In this document: positions 31,965 to 42,193 of the stretch, piece by piece
Layout of the letters: every line of letters begins with the position of its first letter
How positions within the stretch are numbered: the first letter of the stretch is position 1
Origin: Moraxellaceae bacterium UBA2477
GTDB lineage: Bacteria > Pseudomonadota > Gammaproteobacteria > Pseudomonadales > Moraxellaceae
Direction of reading: 5' to 3'
Length of the DNA: 64,000 bases
Assembly: GCA_002342025.1 (NCBI GenBank)
Contig: DDPD01000071.1
Span: forward strand, 744 to 64,743
Position numbers and translations under genes: made by a program
The notes under the pieces: generated by a model
What the model saw: only the letters and a program-made list of their open reading frames with translations
Database searches by the model: none
What the model was told of the DNA's origin: nothing

Positions 31965-33857
31965 TTACTCCGCTGAATTGACCTCTCTCAAGGTAACTTT
32001 GGCCTCTGCTTTTAGCAGACCCAAAATATCTTGAAGCTCCTGTTGACCGCGATTCTCACCCAACATGGTTTGAGTGGCAGAACGTTGTGTACCCGACAGT
32101 GCGACGCCCGGCTTGATGGCGTTAACTGCAATCACCGCTACAGCATCACCCAACTCAGCAACCCCAGTACTTGATGCTGCGTCCTTCGGCGGAGCGATTC
32201 GGAATACCTCTCGCAGTAATAGCGGGTTCAGCGCTGTGTCACGACGAGTCACACCCGTCTGCACTAGTGCGTTCAACCCGGCCTTGCTTGCAGCTGCTGC
32301 AAAACCAAGGGTTTGACTATCACGAGCGACAACTTCAGCCGCCTGCTTAGCCAGCGCCAGTGCTTGTTGAATTTGCAGTTTGGCACGGATAACCGAAGAC
32401 ACTTCCGCCAATGGCAACTTGCGTGATGGCTGATGCGAAGCCAGGCTCAACCACAGTGTGGTGCCATCTTTAAGCGTGATCGCGCTGGTGTTTTTTCGTT
32501 CTTTGATCAAGTCGTCGCTAAAGGCGGCATCCAGTACTTTACGCTCACTGAAAACACCTGCGGCACCCTGACGATCAAAGACCGGCGAGGTTTGAACCTG
32601 AAGATTGAAAGCCTTTGCTGGCCCTTGTAAATCAGACGACTCATACACTGCGGCATCCAGCTTTTCAACGGCCTGTGCGAACAACTCATCAGCTTGGGTG
32701 GCGCGAACCTCTTGTTCCAGTTCTGCTTGAAGCTGAGCAAAGCTTGGAATAGTGGGTTGCTTAACAGCAAGCAGCTTAATGAGGTGGTAGCCAAAGGGGG
32801 TTTTAACCACTTCAGACACATCCCCGACTTGCTTCAGGCTAAAAAGCGCTTTGTCGAACTCAGGCACAAACTGACCACGAGCTGTCAAACCCAAATCGCC
32901 ACCATTGGCCGCCGAGCCTGGATCTTTAGAGTTCGTCTTTGCTAATTCAGCAAAATCTGCACCCGCTGCTAATTCCTTAGCCAGCGCGTTCGCTTTAGCC
33001 TTGGCATCTGCATCTTTCACTTTGTCATCGACAGCGATCAAGATATGCGCGGCCTGACGCTCTTCCGTGCTAGCCAAGGCTTTCACTCGCTCTTCGTAGC
33101 GAGCTTTAACAGCTTCTGGGTCACTCTTAGTCTGACCAGCAAAAGCGCCACGGGTCAGCGCCAGATAGTGCACACTGACCACTTCTGGGCGACTGAAAAG
33201 ACTTTGCTCTTTATCATAGAACGCCTTGATCTGAGCATCTGTGACGCTCACGTTCGCCACAAAGTGATTTGCCGGGATGATGGCGTAACTAATGTCACGC
33301 TGCTGGCTGTCCAACGCACTCAACTGATCTAATTCAGCCGGCGTGACAAACGCACTCATTAGCAAGCCAGACACGCGTTGTGAGGTCAGAATCTCTTCGC
33401 GGGCACGCTCAGGGAATGTTGCCGGCGTCTCGCCAATTTGGCTCAAGACTAAGGCATAGCGAGAGGGCGAAAACTTGCCCGCCTCTTGGAATGTCGGTGT
33501 GCTCTGAATCAAGGTTTGAATCGTGGCATCAGAAACCTTGTAACCGGCATCGTGTGCTGATGTCAGCAACAGCTGGCGTTGTATCAGGCTGTTTAAGACA
33601 CGCTCACGCAACTGCTTCTGTTCCTCATCTGTAAGAACGCTCTCGGCGCCCATACGTGCCAACACTTGCTGCTTCTGGTTTTCAAACGCCTTATCCAAGA
33701 GCGCTTGAGAGATCTCGTGCCCATCGACTTCCGCAACGATCACTTCAGAATTGCCACCGAAATAGGACTCGACGCCGACCAACACTAAAGGAAGTGCCAA
33801 AAGGCCGAGCATGACCTTCCCTAACCAACCACGAACCACTTCACGAAACGCTTGCAT
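31965..33857 (-). CDS. ppiD: Periplasmic chaperone / parvulin PPIase PpiD
   Basis: N-terminal TM anchor, SurA-N domain, AAHILI..DFAELAK..S.DPGSAANGGDLG..FGYHLIKL; located downstream of hupB. Confidence 0.92.
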   Translation of the reverse strand: MQAFREVVRGWLGKVMLGLLALPLVLVGVESYFGGNSEVIVAEVDGHEISQALLDKAFENQKQQVLARMGAESVLTDEEQKQLRERVLNSLIQRQLLLTSAHDAGYKVSDATIQTLIQSTPTFQEAGKFSPSRYALVLSQIGETPATFPERAREEILTSQRVSGLLMSAFVTPAELDQLSALDSQQRDISYAIIPANHFVANVSVTDAQIKAFYDKEQSLFSRPEVVSVHYLALTRGAFAGQTKSDPEAVKARYEERVKALASTEERQAAHILIAVDDKVKDADAKAKANALAKELAAGADFAELAKTNSKDPGSAANGGDLGLTARGQFVPEFDKALFSLKQVGDVSEVVKTPFGYHLIKLLAVKQPTIPSFAQLQAELEQEVRATQADELFAQAVEKLDAAVYESSDLQGPAKAFNLQVQTSPVFDRQGAAGVFSERKVLDAAFSDDLIKERKNTSAITLKDGTTLWLSLASHQPSRKLPLAEVSSVIRAKLQIQQALALAKQAAEVVARDSQTLGFAAAASKAGLNALVQTGVTRRDTALNPLLLREVFRIAPPKDAASSTGVAELGDAVAVIAVNAIKPGVALSGTQRSATQTMLGENRGQQELQDILGLLKAEAKVTLREVNSAE

Positions 33858-33899
33858 GAGCAACCTACGCGCTAAATAGATGCGTCATTACGACGCTAG

Positions 33900-33930
33900 A
33901 AAAAAGCGCGCCAGAATGGGCGCGCTTTTC
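33900..33930 (-). terminator. Terminator after hupB
   Basis: AAAAAAGCGCGCC-AGAATG-GGCGCGCTTTT. Confidence 0.85.
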
Positions 33931-33957
33931 GGGTACTACTTTAACCGCAAAACATCC

Positions 33958-34233
33958 TTAGACGTTTACGGCGTCCTTCAGACCTTTACCGGCCTTGAAG
34001 GACGGAGTCTTGGAAGCGGCGATTTTGATTTCTTTACCCGTTTGTGGGTTACGGCCTGTACGAGCAGCACGTTCTTTCACAGCAAAAGTACCAAAGCCAA
34101 CCAGAGTAACGGCATCGCCACCCTTCAAAGCGGCTGTAATGGCAGCAACAGTAGCATCAAGTGCACGACCGGCATCCGCTTTGGTCATGTCAGCTTTTTC
34201 AGCAATGGCGTCAATTAATTCAGACTTATTCAC
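33958..34233 (-). CDS. hupB: DNA-binding protein HU-beta
   Basis: [28 protein letters not shown]; GTG start. Confidence 0.96.
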   Translation of the reverse strand: MNKSELIDAIAEKADMTKADAGRALDATVAAITAALKGGDAVTLVGFGTFAVKERAARTGRNPQTGKEIKIAASKTPSFKAGKGLKDAVNV

Positions 34234-34311
34234 AGGCGTCCCCTTTTCGATAGACATTTTGATTATTGGAGTAGTTCATCTGCTGGCAACAGGGCCACGC
34301 AAGTGAGTTGT

Positions 34312-34340
34312 TTTATAAAACGCAGGGGCTAAGGAATCAA
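34312..34340 (-). promoter_or_regulatory. Sigma70 promoter of hupB
   Basis: Minus strand TTGATT-17 nt-TATAAA. Confidence 0.7.
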
Positions 34341-34391
34341 GCACAACTCCATTAAAACCCCTGTTTTCAGCATAAAAAAACTTAAATCAGC

Positions 34392-36788
34392 TCAATGGTG
34401 ACTAACGTTGGGCTGATCTCGTCTTTCGACACGTGCCAAACCTGCTTCATACGCTTCATCACTTAACGGCTGCGGGGTCTGCGTGAGGGCAATGGCAAGC
34501 ACTTCGTCGATCCATTTTACCGTACGGATCTCCAAGGCTGCTTTAACGGTGTCCGGAATATCTTTTAGATCACGTGCATTTTCTTCGGGAATGATGACCG
34601 TGCGAACACCGCCGCGGTGTGCTGCCAAGAGTTTCTCTTTCAAACCACCGATTGGCAAGACCTGTCCACGCAGAGTAATTTCCCCGGTCATCGCCACATC
34701 TGCTCGCACTGGGATTCCAGTGAGCACAGAAGCCAGTACGGTGCACATTCCAATGCCTGCACTGGGGCCATCTTTTGGCGTAGCGCCTTCTGGCATATGG
34801 ATATGGATATCACGCTTATCAAAAGTGTCTGGCGAAAGGCCCAGCGTACGCGAACGCGAGCGCACCACCGTCATAGCCGCACGAATAGACTCTTGCATGA
34901 CATCGCCCAGCGAGCCCGTCATTAATTGACCACCCTTACCAGGCACAGAAATAGCTTCAATTGTGAGCAGCTCGCCACCCACTGAAGTCCAAGCCAAGCC
35001 TGTCACTTGACCGACTTGATCTTCCGCTTCGGCTTTACCGTAGTTGTGCTTGCGAACACCCAAATACGTTTCCAGCAACGAATCATCCACCACAATAGCG
35101 CCACGACGCGTGCCCATCACCGCCTCTTTCACGACTTTACGACAGACCTTGGCGATCTCGCGATCCAAGGCACGCACACCGGCCTCACGCGTGTAATAAC
35201 GCACGATATCGCGGCAAGCGGATTCAGTGATGCTGATTTCCGTAGGCTTTAAGCCTGCTGCTTCAATTTGCTTAGGCACTAAGTACTGTTGCGCGATGGC
35301 AATTTTCTCGGCCTCGGTGTAGCCGGGTAAGCGTATGACTTCCATACGATCCAGCAAAGGCGCCGGAATATTCATGGAGTTCGCGGTACACAGGAACATT
35401 ACTTCCGACAGATCGTAGTCGACTTCGAGATAGTGATCATTGAAGGCTTTATTCTGCTCAGGGTCCAAAACCTCCAACAAGGCTGACGACGGATCGCCTC
35501 GCATATCGGAAGACATCTTGTCGATTTCATCTAACAAAAACAGCGGATTACGCACGCCCACTTTAGACAACTTCTGGATCAGCTTGCCCGGCATGGAGCC
35601 GATATAGGTTCTGCGATGACCACGAATCTCGGCCTCATCACGCACGCCGCCCAGCGCCATACGCACGAACTCACGATTAGTCGCCTTCGCAATAGACTGC
35701 CCCAATGAAGTTTTACCCACACCGGGTGGGCCCACTAAACAAAGCACCGGGCCATTGAGCTTCTTAACGCGCGATTGCACGGCAAGGTATTCCAGAATGC
35801 GATCTTTGACTTCTTCTAGGCCAAAGTGATCCGCGTCGAGAATTTCGCGGGCTTTCTTCAAATCAATACGTACACGGCTGCGCTTCTTCCAGGGCACACC
35901 CAGCATCCAGTCGATATAGCTCCGGACCACCGTCGCCTCGGCAGACATGGGCGACATCTGGCGTAGCTTCTTCAGCTCACTGTCGACTTTCTTGCGGGCA
36001 TCCACAGGCATGCCGGCCGCTGCAATGCGCTGCTCCATTTCAGACAGCTCATCCTCACCGCCCTCATTAAGATCGCCCAACTCTTTCTGAATCGCTTTGA
36101 TTTGCTCGTTCAGGTAGTACTCACGCTGGCTTTTTTCCATCTGCTTCTTAACGCGGCCACGAATGCGCTTTTCGACCTTTAGAATGTCGATCTCCGACTC
36201 CATCAAGGCCATGAGGTGCTCAACACGCGTCTGTACCGGCAGAATGTCTAGGATGGCCTGCTTTTCTTCTAAACGCAGCGATAAATGGGCGGCAATGGTG
36301 TCTGCCAGTCGGCTGGGGTCATCAATGCCGGTGACAGACGTCAACACCTCGGCAGCGACCTTCTTGGACAGCTTCACGTATTGATCAAATTGATTGAGCA
36401 GCGTTCGAGTCAGCACTTCCGCGTCTGCACGTGTCAGATCTTCACTCGGGATTTCAGACAAGACCGCCACGAAGGCGCCATCCGTCTCGGTGAGATCGCT
36501 CAGCTCTGCGCGGCGCAAGCCCTCCACGAGCACTTTAACGGTACCATCGGGAAGCTTTAGGAGTTGTAATACCTGGGCAATAGTACCAATGGTGTAGAGC
36601 CCAGATTGACGGGGATCATCTTCGGCCGCATCACGCTGCGACACCAAAAAAATTTGCTTGTCGGCATTCATCGCCAAATCTAGCGCCTGAATTGAACGTT
36701 CACGCCCTACAAACAACGGAATGACCATGTGGGGATAGATCACCACATCACGCAATGGCAATAACGGTAACTTGAGGCCATCAGTCAT
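34392..36788 (-). CDS. lon: ATP-dependent protease La
   Basis: [38 protein letters not shown]. Confidence 0.98.
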   Translation of the reverse strand: MTDGLKLPLLPLRDVVIYPHMVIPLFVGRERSIQALDLAMNADKQIFLVSQRDAAEDDPRQSGLYTIGTIAQVLQLLKLPDGTVKVLVEGLRRAELSDLTETDGAFVAVLSEIPSEDLTRADAEVLTRTLLNQFDQYVKLSKKVAAEVLTSVTGIDDPSRLADTIAAHLSLRLEEKQAILDILPVQTRVEHLMALMESEIDILKVEKRIRGRVKKQMEKSQREYYLNEQIKAIQKELGDLNEGGEDELSEMEQRIAAAGMPVDARKKVDSELKKLRQMSPMSAEATVVRSYIDWMLGVPWKKRSRVRIDLKKAREILDADHFGLEEVKDRILEYLAVQSRVKKLNGPVLCLVGPPGVGKTSLGQSIAKATNREFVRMALGGVRDEAEIRGHRRTYIGSMPGKLIQKLSKVGVRNPLFLLDEIDKMSSDMRGDPSSALLEVLDPEQNKAFNDHYLEVDYDLSEVMFLCTANSMNIPAPLLDRMEVIRLPGYTEAEKIAIAQQYLVPKQIEAAGLKPTEISITESACRDIVRYYTREAGVRALDREIAKVCRKVVKEAVMGTRRGAIVVDDSLLETYLGVRKHNYGKAEAEDQVGQVTGLAWTSVGGELLTIEAISVPGKGGQLMTGSLGDVMQESIRAAMTVVRSRSRTLGLSPDTFDKRDIHIHMPEGATPKDGPSAGIGMCTVLASVLTGIPVRADVAMTGEITLRGQVLPIGGLKEKLLAAHRGGVRTVIIPEENARDLKDIPDTVKAALEIRTVKWIDEVLAIALTQTPQPLSDEAYEAGLARVERRDQPNVSHH

Positions 36789-36834
36789 GACACAACACTC
36801 CCAATCTAACTGCGCAGATGCGCTTAACTCCTTT

Positions 36835-36861
36835 TTGGGGGAGACCGAGCCAGATTACAAG
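36835..36861 (-). promoter_or_regulatory. Sigma32 (RpoH)-like promoter of lon
   Basis: Minus strand CTTGTA-15 nt-CCCCAA, close to the CTTGAA-N13-15-CCCCAT consensus; lon is a known heat-shock gene. Confidence 0.6.
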
Positions 36862-36891
36862 GTGACCAATCGCTGGTTGAGCGAAAAGCCA

Positions 36892-36922
36892 ACAAAAAAG
36901 GGACCGATGGTCCCTTTTTTGT
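36892..36922 (-). terminator. Terminator after clpX
   Basis: ACAAAAAAGGGACC-GAT-GGTCCCTTTTTTGT. Confidence 0.9.
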
Positions 36923-36943
36923 CACTCGAATCGAGTCTAAACA

Positions 36944-38236
36944 CTACTCTGGCATGACACGAGCCGTCTCAATGTTGTCATAAACCAGCAAAGGCTCTGT
37001 TTCACCCAAGATCACTTTTTCATCTACCACGACGCGGCTAACACCTTCTAAGGAGGGAAGCTCGTACATGGTACCGAGCAAAACACCTTCCAAAATCGAG
37101 CGCAGGCCACGAGCCCCCGTTTTTCGCTCCAAAGCACGCTTAGCTATCGCACTCAGGGCCTCTGGGCGGAACTCCAGCGATGCACCTTCCATGTCAAATA
37201 GCTTGGCATACTGCTTGGTCAAGGCATTCTTCGGCTCAGTCAGGATTTGAATTAGCGCTGCTTCATTCAATTCCGTTAACGAAGCAATCACGGGCAGACG
37301 GCCCACGAACTCCGGAATCAAGCCGAACTTCACCAAATCATCCGGCTGCACCGTTTGGAACAGCTCTCCAACGCTTGGCGCCTTGCTGATGCTCTTCACC
37401 TGTGCGTTAAAGCCAATACCGCCGGGCTCTGCACGATGAGCAATGACCTTATCCAGCCCGGCAAAAGCACCGCCGACGATGAACAAAATGTTCGAGGTAT
37501 CGACCTGCAGGAACTCTTGCTGAGGATGCTTGCGACCACCCTGCGGTGGCACACTGGCAACCGTGCCTTCAATGAGCTTTAGCAGCGCTTGCTGAACGCC
37601 CTCACCGCTGACATCACGCGTAATGGACGGGTTATCACTCTTGCGAGAAATCTTGTCGATTTCATCAATATAGACGATGCCAGTCTGCGCCTTCTCAACG
37701 TCGTAGTCGCACTTTTGCAGCAACTTCTGAATGATGTTCTCTACATCTTCACCGACATAGCCGGCTTCCGTCAGCGTGGTCGCATCGGCAATGGTAAAGG
37801 GCACATTCAGCACGCGCGCCAAGGTCTCTGCCAATAAAGTCTTACCCGAGCCCGTCGGGCCAATGAGCAGGATATTGCTCTTCGACAACTCGACTTCAGC
37901 GCCGGCGCGGGCACCGACGGCACGCTTCATACCGGCACGCAGACGCTTGTAGTGGTTGTAAACCGCCACCGCGAGCACGCGCTTGGCTTGCTCCTGACCA
38001 ATGACATAATCATCCAACGAGGCTTTCAGCTCACGCGGGGTTGGCAGGCGATCACTGGCCTTCTCGTCCGCTTTCTCCTGAACTTCTTCGCGAATAATGT
38101 CGTTGCAGAGATCAACGCACTCGTCGCAGACATACACCGACGGGCCCGCAATTAGCTTGCGAACTTCGTGTTGGCTTTTTCCGCAGAAGGAACAGAACAG
38201 CAGCTTGCTGTCCCCTCCTCGTTTCTCGTCGGTCAT
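36944..38236 (-). CDS. clpX: ATP-dependent Clp protease ATP-binding subunit ClpX
   Basis: CSFCGK zinc domain, [19 protein letters not shown] loop. Confidence 0.98.
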   Translation of the reverse strand: MTDEKRGGDSKLLFCSFCGKSQHEVRKLIAGPSVYVCDECVDLCNDIIREEVQEKADEKASDRLPTPRELKASLDDYVIGQEQAKRVLAVAVYNHYKRLRAGMKRAVGARAGAEVELSKSNILLIGPTGSGKTLLAETLARVLNVPFTIADATTLTEAGYVGEDVENIIQKLLQKCDYDVEKAQTGIVYIDEIDKISRKSDNPSITRDVSGEGVQQALLKLIEGTVASVPPQGGRKHPQQEFLQVDTSNILFIVGGAFAGLDKVIAHRAEPGGIGFNAQVKSISKAPSVGELFQTVQPDDLVKFGLIPEFVGRLPVIASLTELNEAALIQILTEPKNALTKQYAKLFDMEGASLEFRPEALSAIAKRALERKTGARGLRSILEGVLLGTMYELPSLEGVSRVVVDEKVILGETEPLLVYDNIETARVMPE

Positions 38237-38266
38237 GCTGATTCTCTCAAATACCTGTTATGTGGC

Positions 38267-38890
38267 TTATGGGCGCTTCGTTAACACTTGGTCGATCAGA
38301 CCATAGCTCTGTGCTTCATCTGCGGCCATAAAGTTGTCGCGATCTGTGTCGCGCTCAATGTTCTCAATCGGCTGACCGGTGTGGTCTGCAAGCAGTTGGT
38401 TCAACTGGCCTTTAATTTTTAAAATCTCTTTTGCGTGGATCGCAATATCCGAGGCCTGACCTTGGAAGCCGCCCAGCGGCTGATGAATCATGACGCGGGA
38501 GTGCGTAAGGGCGAAGCGCTTGCCCTTAGTGCCGGCAGACAACAAGAATGCGCCCATGGATGCAGCCTGACCCACGCAAATCGTGGACACATCGGGCTTG
38601 ATAAAGCGCATGGTGTCATAGATGGCCATGCCGGCCGTGACCGAGCCACCAGGCGAGTTAATGTAGAGATGAATGTCTTTATCGGGGTTGTCCGACTCCA
38701 GGAACAGCAGCTGAGCCACCACCAGATTCGCCATGTGGTCTTCGATAGGGCCGACAATGAAAATCACACGTTCTTTCAACAGGCGCGAATAAATATCAAA
38801 GGCGCGCTCGCCGCGAGCAGACTGCTCTACCACCATAGGCACCAAGCCTAAATTACTCGGAGCCGTGTTCTGCGATAAATCGATTCTCAT
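38267..38890 (-). CDS. clpP: Clp protease proteolytic subunit ClpP
   Basis: [28 protein letters not shown]. Confidence 0.98.
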   Translation of the reverse strand: MRIDLSQNTAPSNLGLVPMVVEQSARGERAFDIYSRLLKERVIFIVGPIEDHMANLVVAQLLFLESDNPDKDIHLYINSPGGSVTAGMAIYDTMRFIKPDVSTICVGQAASMGAFLLSAGTKGKRFALTHSRVMIHQPLGGFQGQASDIAIHAKEILKIKGQLNQLLADHTGQPIENIERDTDRDNFMAADEAQSYGLIDQVLTKRP

Positions 38891-38943
38891 GAATTACACC
38901 TTGTACAGATAAGGCTCACGCCGAAAGTGGAGTCTCATAAATG

Positions 38944-38977
38944 AAAACTCCCAGTGTTGTTACCAACTACTGGGAGT
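38944..38977 (-). terminator. Probable terminator after tig
   Basis: ACTCCCAGT...ACTGGGAGT stem with a T-run on the minus strand. Confidence 0.65.
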
Positions 38978-39028
38978 GTCGTGTCTGCAGTAGCCCGAGG
39001 TCAAGACCACGAGCGTATGCTTAACGCA

Positions 39029-40330
39029 TTAACGACCGGTACGAACGATCTCAGTGTAGCGTGCAGCAGCTTCTGTAACCTGCGCTTGAGCCAATACCGT
39101 ATCTACAACTTGGTCTTCCAACACCATGGCTTCAACCTGAGCCAGTTGTTCACGGTTGCTGTAGTAGTAGTTCACCACTTCTTCCGGCGTTTCGTAGGAC
39201 TCAGCAACTTCTTCGATCACGGCTTTTACGCGAGCTTGATCAACTTCTACCGACTTATCCTTGATGATCTGGCTGATCAGTAGGCCGAGAGCCACTGAAC
39301 GCTGTGCCTGCTCACGGAAGAGGTCATCTGGCAGCATTTTGGGATCAATCTTGGCGTTGCCACCAAACTGCTTGAACATGGCTTCGCGCTGACGATTGAT
39401 TTCGTTGCCAACCAATGCTTTCGGTGCTTCCACTGTGTTGTTAGCCAACAAAGCATCCATGACCTGAGTCTTTACCTTGTTCTTAACCGCTTGCTTCAGT
39501 TCGCGGGTCATGTTCTTACGAACGTCTTCACGGAACTTCTCAACACCGCCTTCTGTTACGCCGAATGCAGCCAAGAAGGTTGCGTCCAGCTCAGGCAGAA
39601 CGGCCTTGGAAACTTTGTGTGCTGTAATTTTGAACACGGCGGCTTTATCACGCAGGTTTTCAGCCTGGTAATCGGCGGGGAAAGTCACGTTGATGTCGCG
39701 TACTTCACCAGCCTTGATGCCCACGATGCCGGTTTCAAAGCCAGGAATCATGCGGCCTGAGCCGAGAGCCAATTCGAAGTTAGTCGACGTGCCACCCTCA
39801 AAGGCTTCGCCGTCGATGCTACCTGCGAAATCTAGCGTGACTTTGTCGCCATCTGCAGCAGCCTCAGCGCTTTCTTCGAAGGTTGCACGCTGCTTACGCA
39901 GATTTTCGATCATTTCGTCGAGATCGGCTTCACCGATGTCAACGACGGGGCGCTCGACCTTGATGTCAGCAAAGCTGCTCAGTACTAGCTCAGGATAGAC
40001 TTCTACCAAAGCGGTGAATGTCATGTCTTCGCCAGCTTTGTCCGAGACTTCTTCAATGCTGGGGAAGCCTGCGGGGTTGATGCCTTCCTGAGTCACGGCT
40101 TCGTAGAAACTGTCACGAATGATTTCGCCCAGCGCTTCCTGGCGAATCGACTCACCATAACGCTTCTGAACCAGCGACATGGGAACTTTGCCTGGACGGA
40201 AACCATCCATGCGAATGGTGCGCGCGGCTTTAACAATGCGTGCCTGCACGTCCTGTTCAATTTTAGCGGCCGGAACAACTACTTTGACGCGACGCTCAAG
40301 CGTGGAAACGGTTTCAACACTAACTTGCAT
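39029..40330 (-). CDS. tig: Trigger factor
   Basis: DGFRPGKVP ribosome-binding signature; FKBP domain FEGG..LGSGRMIPGFE. Confidence 0.98.
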   Translation of the reverse strand: MQVSVETVSTLERRVKVVVPAAKIEQDVQARIVKAARTIRMDGFRPGKVPMSLVQKRYGESIRQEALGEIIRDSFYEAVTQEGINPAGFPSIEEVSDKAGEDMTFTALVEVYPELVLSSFADIKVERPVVDIGEADLDEMIENLRKQRATFEESAEAAADGDKVTLDFAGSIDGEAFEGGTSTNFELALGSGRMIPGFETGIVGIKAGEVRDINVTFPADYQAENLRDKAAVFKITAHKVSKAVLPELDATFLAAFGVTEGGVEKFREDVRKNMTRELKQAVKNKVKTQVMDALLANNTVEAPKALVGNEINRQREAMFKQFGGNAKIDPKMLPDDLFREQAQRSVALGLLISQIIKDKSVEVDQARVKAVIEEVAESYETPEEVVNYYYSNREQLAQVEAMVLEDQVVDTVLAQAQVTEAAARYTEIVRTGR

Positions 40331-40513
40331 GACAACCTCAACAGAATCGATGAATTAAGAGGCAAACGGCCGGCCGCTGCCAAAAGCGAGGGTCAGGATT
40401 ATAGAGGAAGCCGTTCAGATTGCTAGAGCGAGGCAAGAGAATGTGGCGCCCAAGGTTTGCAGAGGCCAGAAAGCAAAAAACGACCTTCAGGTCGCTATCA
40501 GTCATACAAAATA

Positions 40514-40589
40514 TGGTGGGCCGTGATGGATTCGAACCATCGACCAATGGATTAAGAGTCCACTGCTCTACCAACTGAGCTAACGGCCC
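40514..40589 (-). tRNA. tRNA-Lys(CTT)
   Basis: GGGCCGTTAGCTCAGTTGGTAGAGCAGTGGACT-CTT-AATCCATTGGTCGATGGTTCGAATCCATCACGGCCCACCA. Confidence 0.96.
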
Positions 40590-40641
40590 GAAGACGGGAT
40601 TGAAGCGATTTCTCGGCTTAGCCGCTGGGCAGAGAAAGAGG

Positions 40642-40717
40642 TGGGGTGGCTGATGGGACTCGAACCCACGACAGCCGGAATCACAATCCGGGACTCTACC
40701 AACTGAGCTACAGCCAC
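40642..40717 (-). tRNA. tRNA-His(GTG)
   Basis: GTGGCTGTAGCTCAGTTGGTAGAGTCCCGGATT-GTG-ATTCCGG...TTCGAGTCCCATCAGCCACCCCA; G-1 encoded at 40718. Confidence 0.96.
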
Positions 40718-40738
40718 CACAAACGTTCGCTACGAGGC

Positions 40739-40815
40739 TGGTGCGCCCGGCAGGGCTCGAACCTGCGACCCTCGGCTTAGAAGGCCGATGCTCTATCCAA
40801 CTGAGCTACGAGCGC
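40739..40815 (-). tRNA. tRNA-Arg(TCT)
   Basis: GCGCTCGTAGCTCAGTTGGATAGAGCATCGGCCT-TCT-AAGCCGAGG...TTCGAGCCCTGCCGGGCGCACCA. Confidence 0.96.
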
Positions 40816-40843
40816 AGGATTGAAGTTCGCATCAACAGAAAAT

Positions 40844-40920
40844 TGGTCGGGGTAGAGAGATTCGAACTCCCGACATCCTGGTCCCAAACCAGGCGCGCTA
40901 CCGGACTGCGCTATACCCCG
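40844..40920 (-). tRNA. tRNA-Pro(TGG)
   Basis: CGGGGTATAGCGCAGTCCGGTAGCGCGCCTGGTT-TGG-GACCAGG...TTCGAATCTCTCTACCCCGACCA. Confidence 0.96.
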
Positions 40921-40972
40921 AATTTTCCGCCGACTCACTGTTCGAAAACAGCTTACCTCGTTGCGAGGCCGC

Positions 40973-41001
40973 ATCTTACGGAAGCAAAATAGCTCCGTCA
41001 A
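40973..41001 (-). promoter_or_regulatory. Sigma70 stable-RNA promoter of the tRNA operon
   Basis: Minus strand TTGACG-17 nt-TAAGAT followed by the GC-rich discriminator GCGGCCTC. Confidence 0.8.
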
Positions 41002-41101
41002 CAAAAGCTTAGCTAAGAATATAACTGAGTGATGAAACTTTCATCAATACAGGTATTTTTGTAGCAGTGACGAAGACGCTCAACGCCATACACTGCAAGG
41101 C

Positions 41102-41368
41102 ATGAGCGCAAAGACACTAACCCCAGCAGAAATTAGTCAATTAATTGCCATGGCTTGGGATGATGAGACCTCATTTGAGGCCATACAGGCCGAAATGGGT
41201 CTATCTGAGCCCCGAGTTAAGGCCATCATGAAGCGTGAGCTTAAAGCGGGCAGCTATAAGGTTTGGCGCGAACGCGTGAAAGGCCGCATGCAAAAGCATG
41301 GTCAACGACATCTTGTTATGATCGAAGACACACACGATTTAGATGGATCAATGCCTGATGACAATTAA
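41102..41368 (+). CDS. TIGR03643 / DUF2805 family small HTH-like protein
   Basis: IAMAWDDETSFEAI..GLSE..V..IMKRELK.GSYKVWRERVKGR..KH. Confidence 0.88.
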   Translation: MSAKTLTPAEISQLIAMAWDDETSFEAIQAEMGLSEPRVKAIMKRELKAGSYKVWRERVKGRMQKHGQRHLVMIEDTHDLDGSMPDDN

Positions 41369-42017
41369 TCGACTATTAGTTCTTGGTGGTACCGGTGCTG
41401 TGGGCAATGCCGTTCTGAAACAAGCACTCGAAAATGACACTATTTTGGAAGTGATTGCACCTACTCGTCGCCCACTCCCCGCTCACCCGAAGTTGATCAA
41501 CCCCCAACTGGATTTCGACAACTTGCCGCTTCGCTTTGATGGCGCCAGCCTGGCCCTACAACAAGCCTTCACCTGTGATGCCGTCATTTGTGCCTTGGGG
41601 ACGACCCTAAAACAAGCAGGATCAAAAGAAGCGTTTGCGGCGATCGATAAAACACTCGTCTTGGAATTGGCACGATTGGCCCAAGCAGGTGGAGCAAAAG
41701 CTTTTGCCTTGAATTCCTCTTTGGGGGCCTCACTGTCGGGTAGCTTTTATCTACGTATTAAAGCGGAGGTTGAACAGGCTATCTTGGCCATGTCGTTTGA
41801 ACGAACCATCATCGTTCGCCCGTCCTTAATCGACGCCAAACGCGATAGAAGTCGGCCGCTTGAGCATATGGGACTGGTACTTTTCCGCATGACTAAGCCA
41901 CTCATACCCCGCCGATACCGCGCTGTCACACCAGAAGCTATTGCTCGTTCGTTGATCAATGGTATTGCTCTCGGCACGGGAGAAAAACTCGTCATTGAGT
42001 CGGAAAGTATTATATAA
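41358..42017 (+). CDS. NAD(P)-binding oxidoreductase (YraR/HTATIP2-like atypical SDR)
   Basis: LGGTGAVG, CALGTTLKQAGSKEAF, SSLGA, FYLRIKAEVE, RPSLI. Confidence 0.88.
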   Translation: MTINRLLVLGGTGAVGNAVLKQALENDTILEVIAPTRRPLPAHPKLINPQLDFDNLPLRFDGASLALQQAFTCDAVICALGTTLKQAGSKEAFAAIDKTLVLELARLAQAGGAKAFALNSSLGASLSGSFYLRIKAEVEQAILAMSFERTIIVRPSLIDAKRDRSRPLEHMGLVLFRMTKPLIPRRYRAVTPEAIARSLINGIALGTGEKLVIESESII

Positions 42018-42025
42018 ACATAAAC

Positions 42026-42177
42026 TTAAGTAAGTTACTTAACTCTTAGCCTTCACAGTATTAATTAAAAAATTTTGATAAATAACTGGATAAATACGTT
42101 TCGTCACATTTTTGTATAATACAAAGCCACTCAGCGAAGACTACTATTTGTCCTGTACAAACCGATTCGACGGTTTG
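42026..42177 (+). promoter_or_regulatory. AT-rich promoter/operator region of the light-response operon
   Basis: TATAAT at 42115-42120 inside the palindrome TTTGTAT-A-ATACAAA; second TTTGT-N5-ACAAA at 42147-42161; TTAAGTAA-G-TTACTTAA at 42026-42042. Confidence 0.6.
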
Positions 42178-42193
42178 ATCTGAGAGGTACAAA

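Noticed and set aside
40338-41004. Short ORFs over the tRNA cluster
   Set aside because: They overlap four confident tRNA genes
40514-41100. tRNA cluster as attachment site of an integrated island
   Set aside because: Accessory genes lie 5' of the tRNAs; no integrase and no duplicated tRNA 3' end was seen
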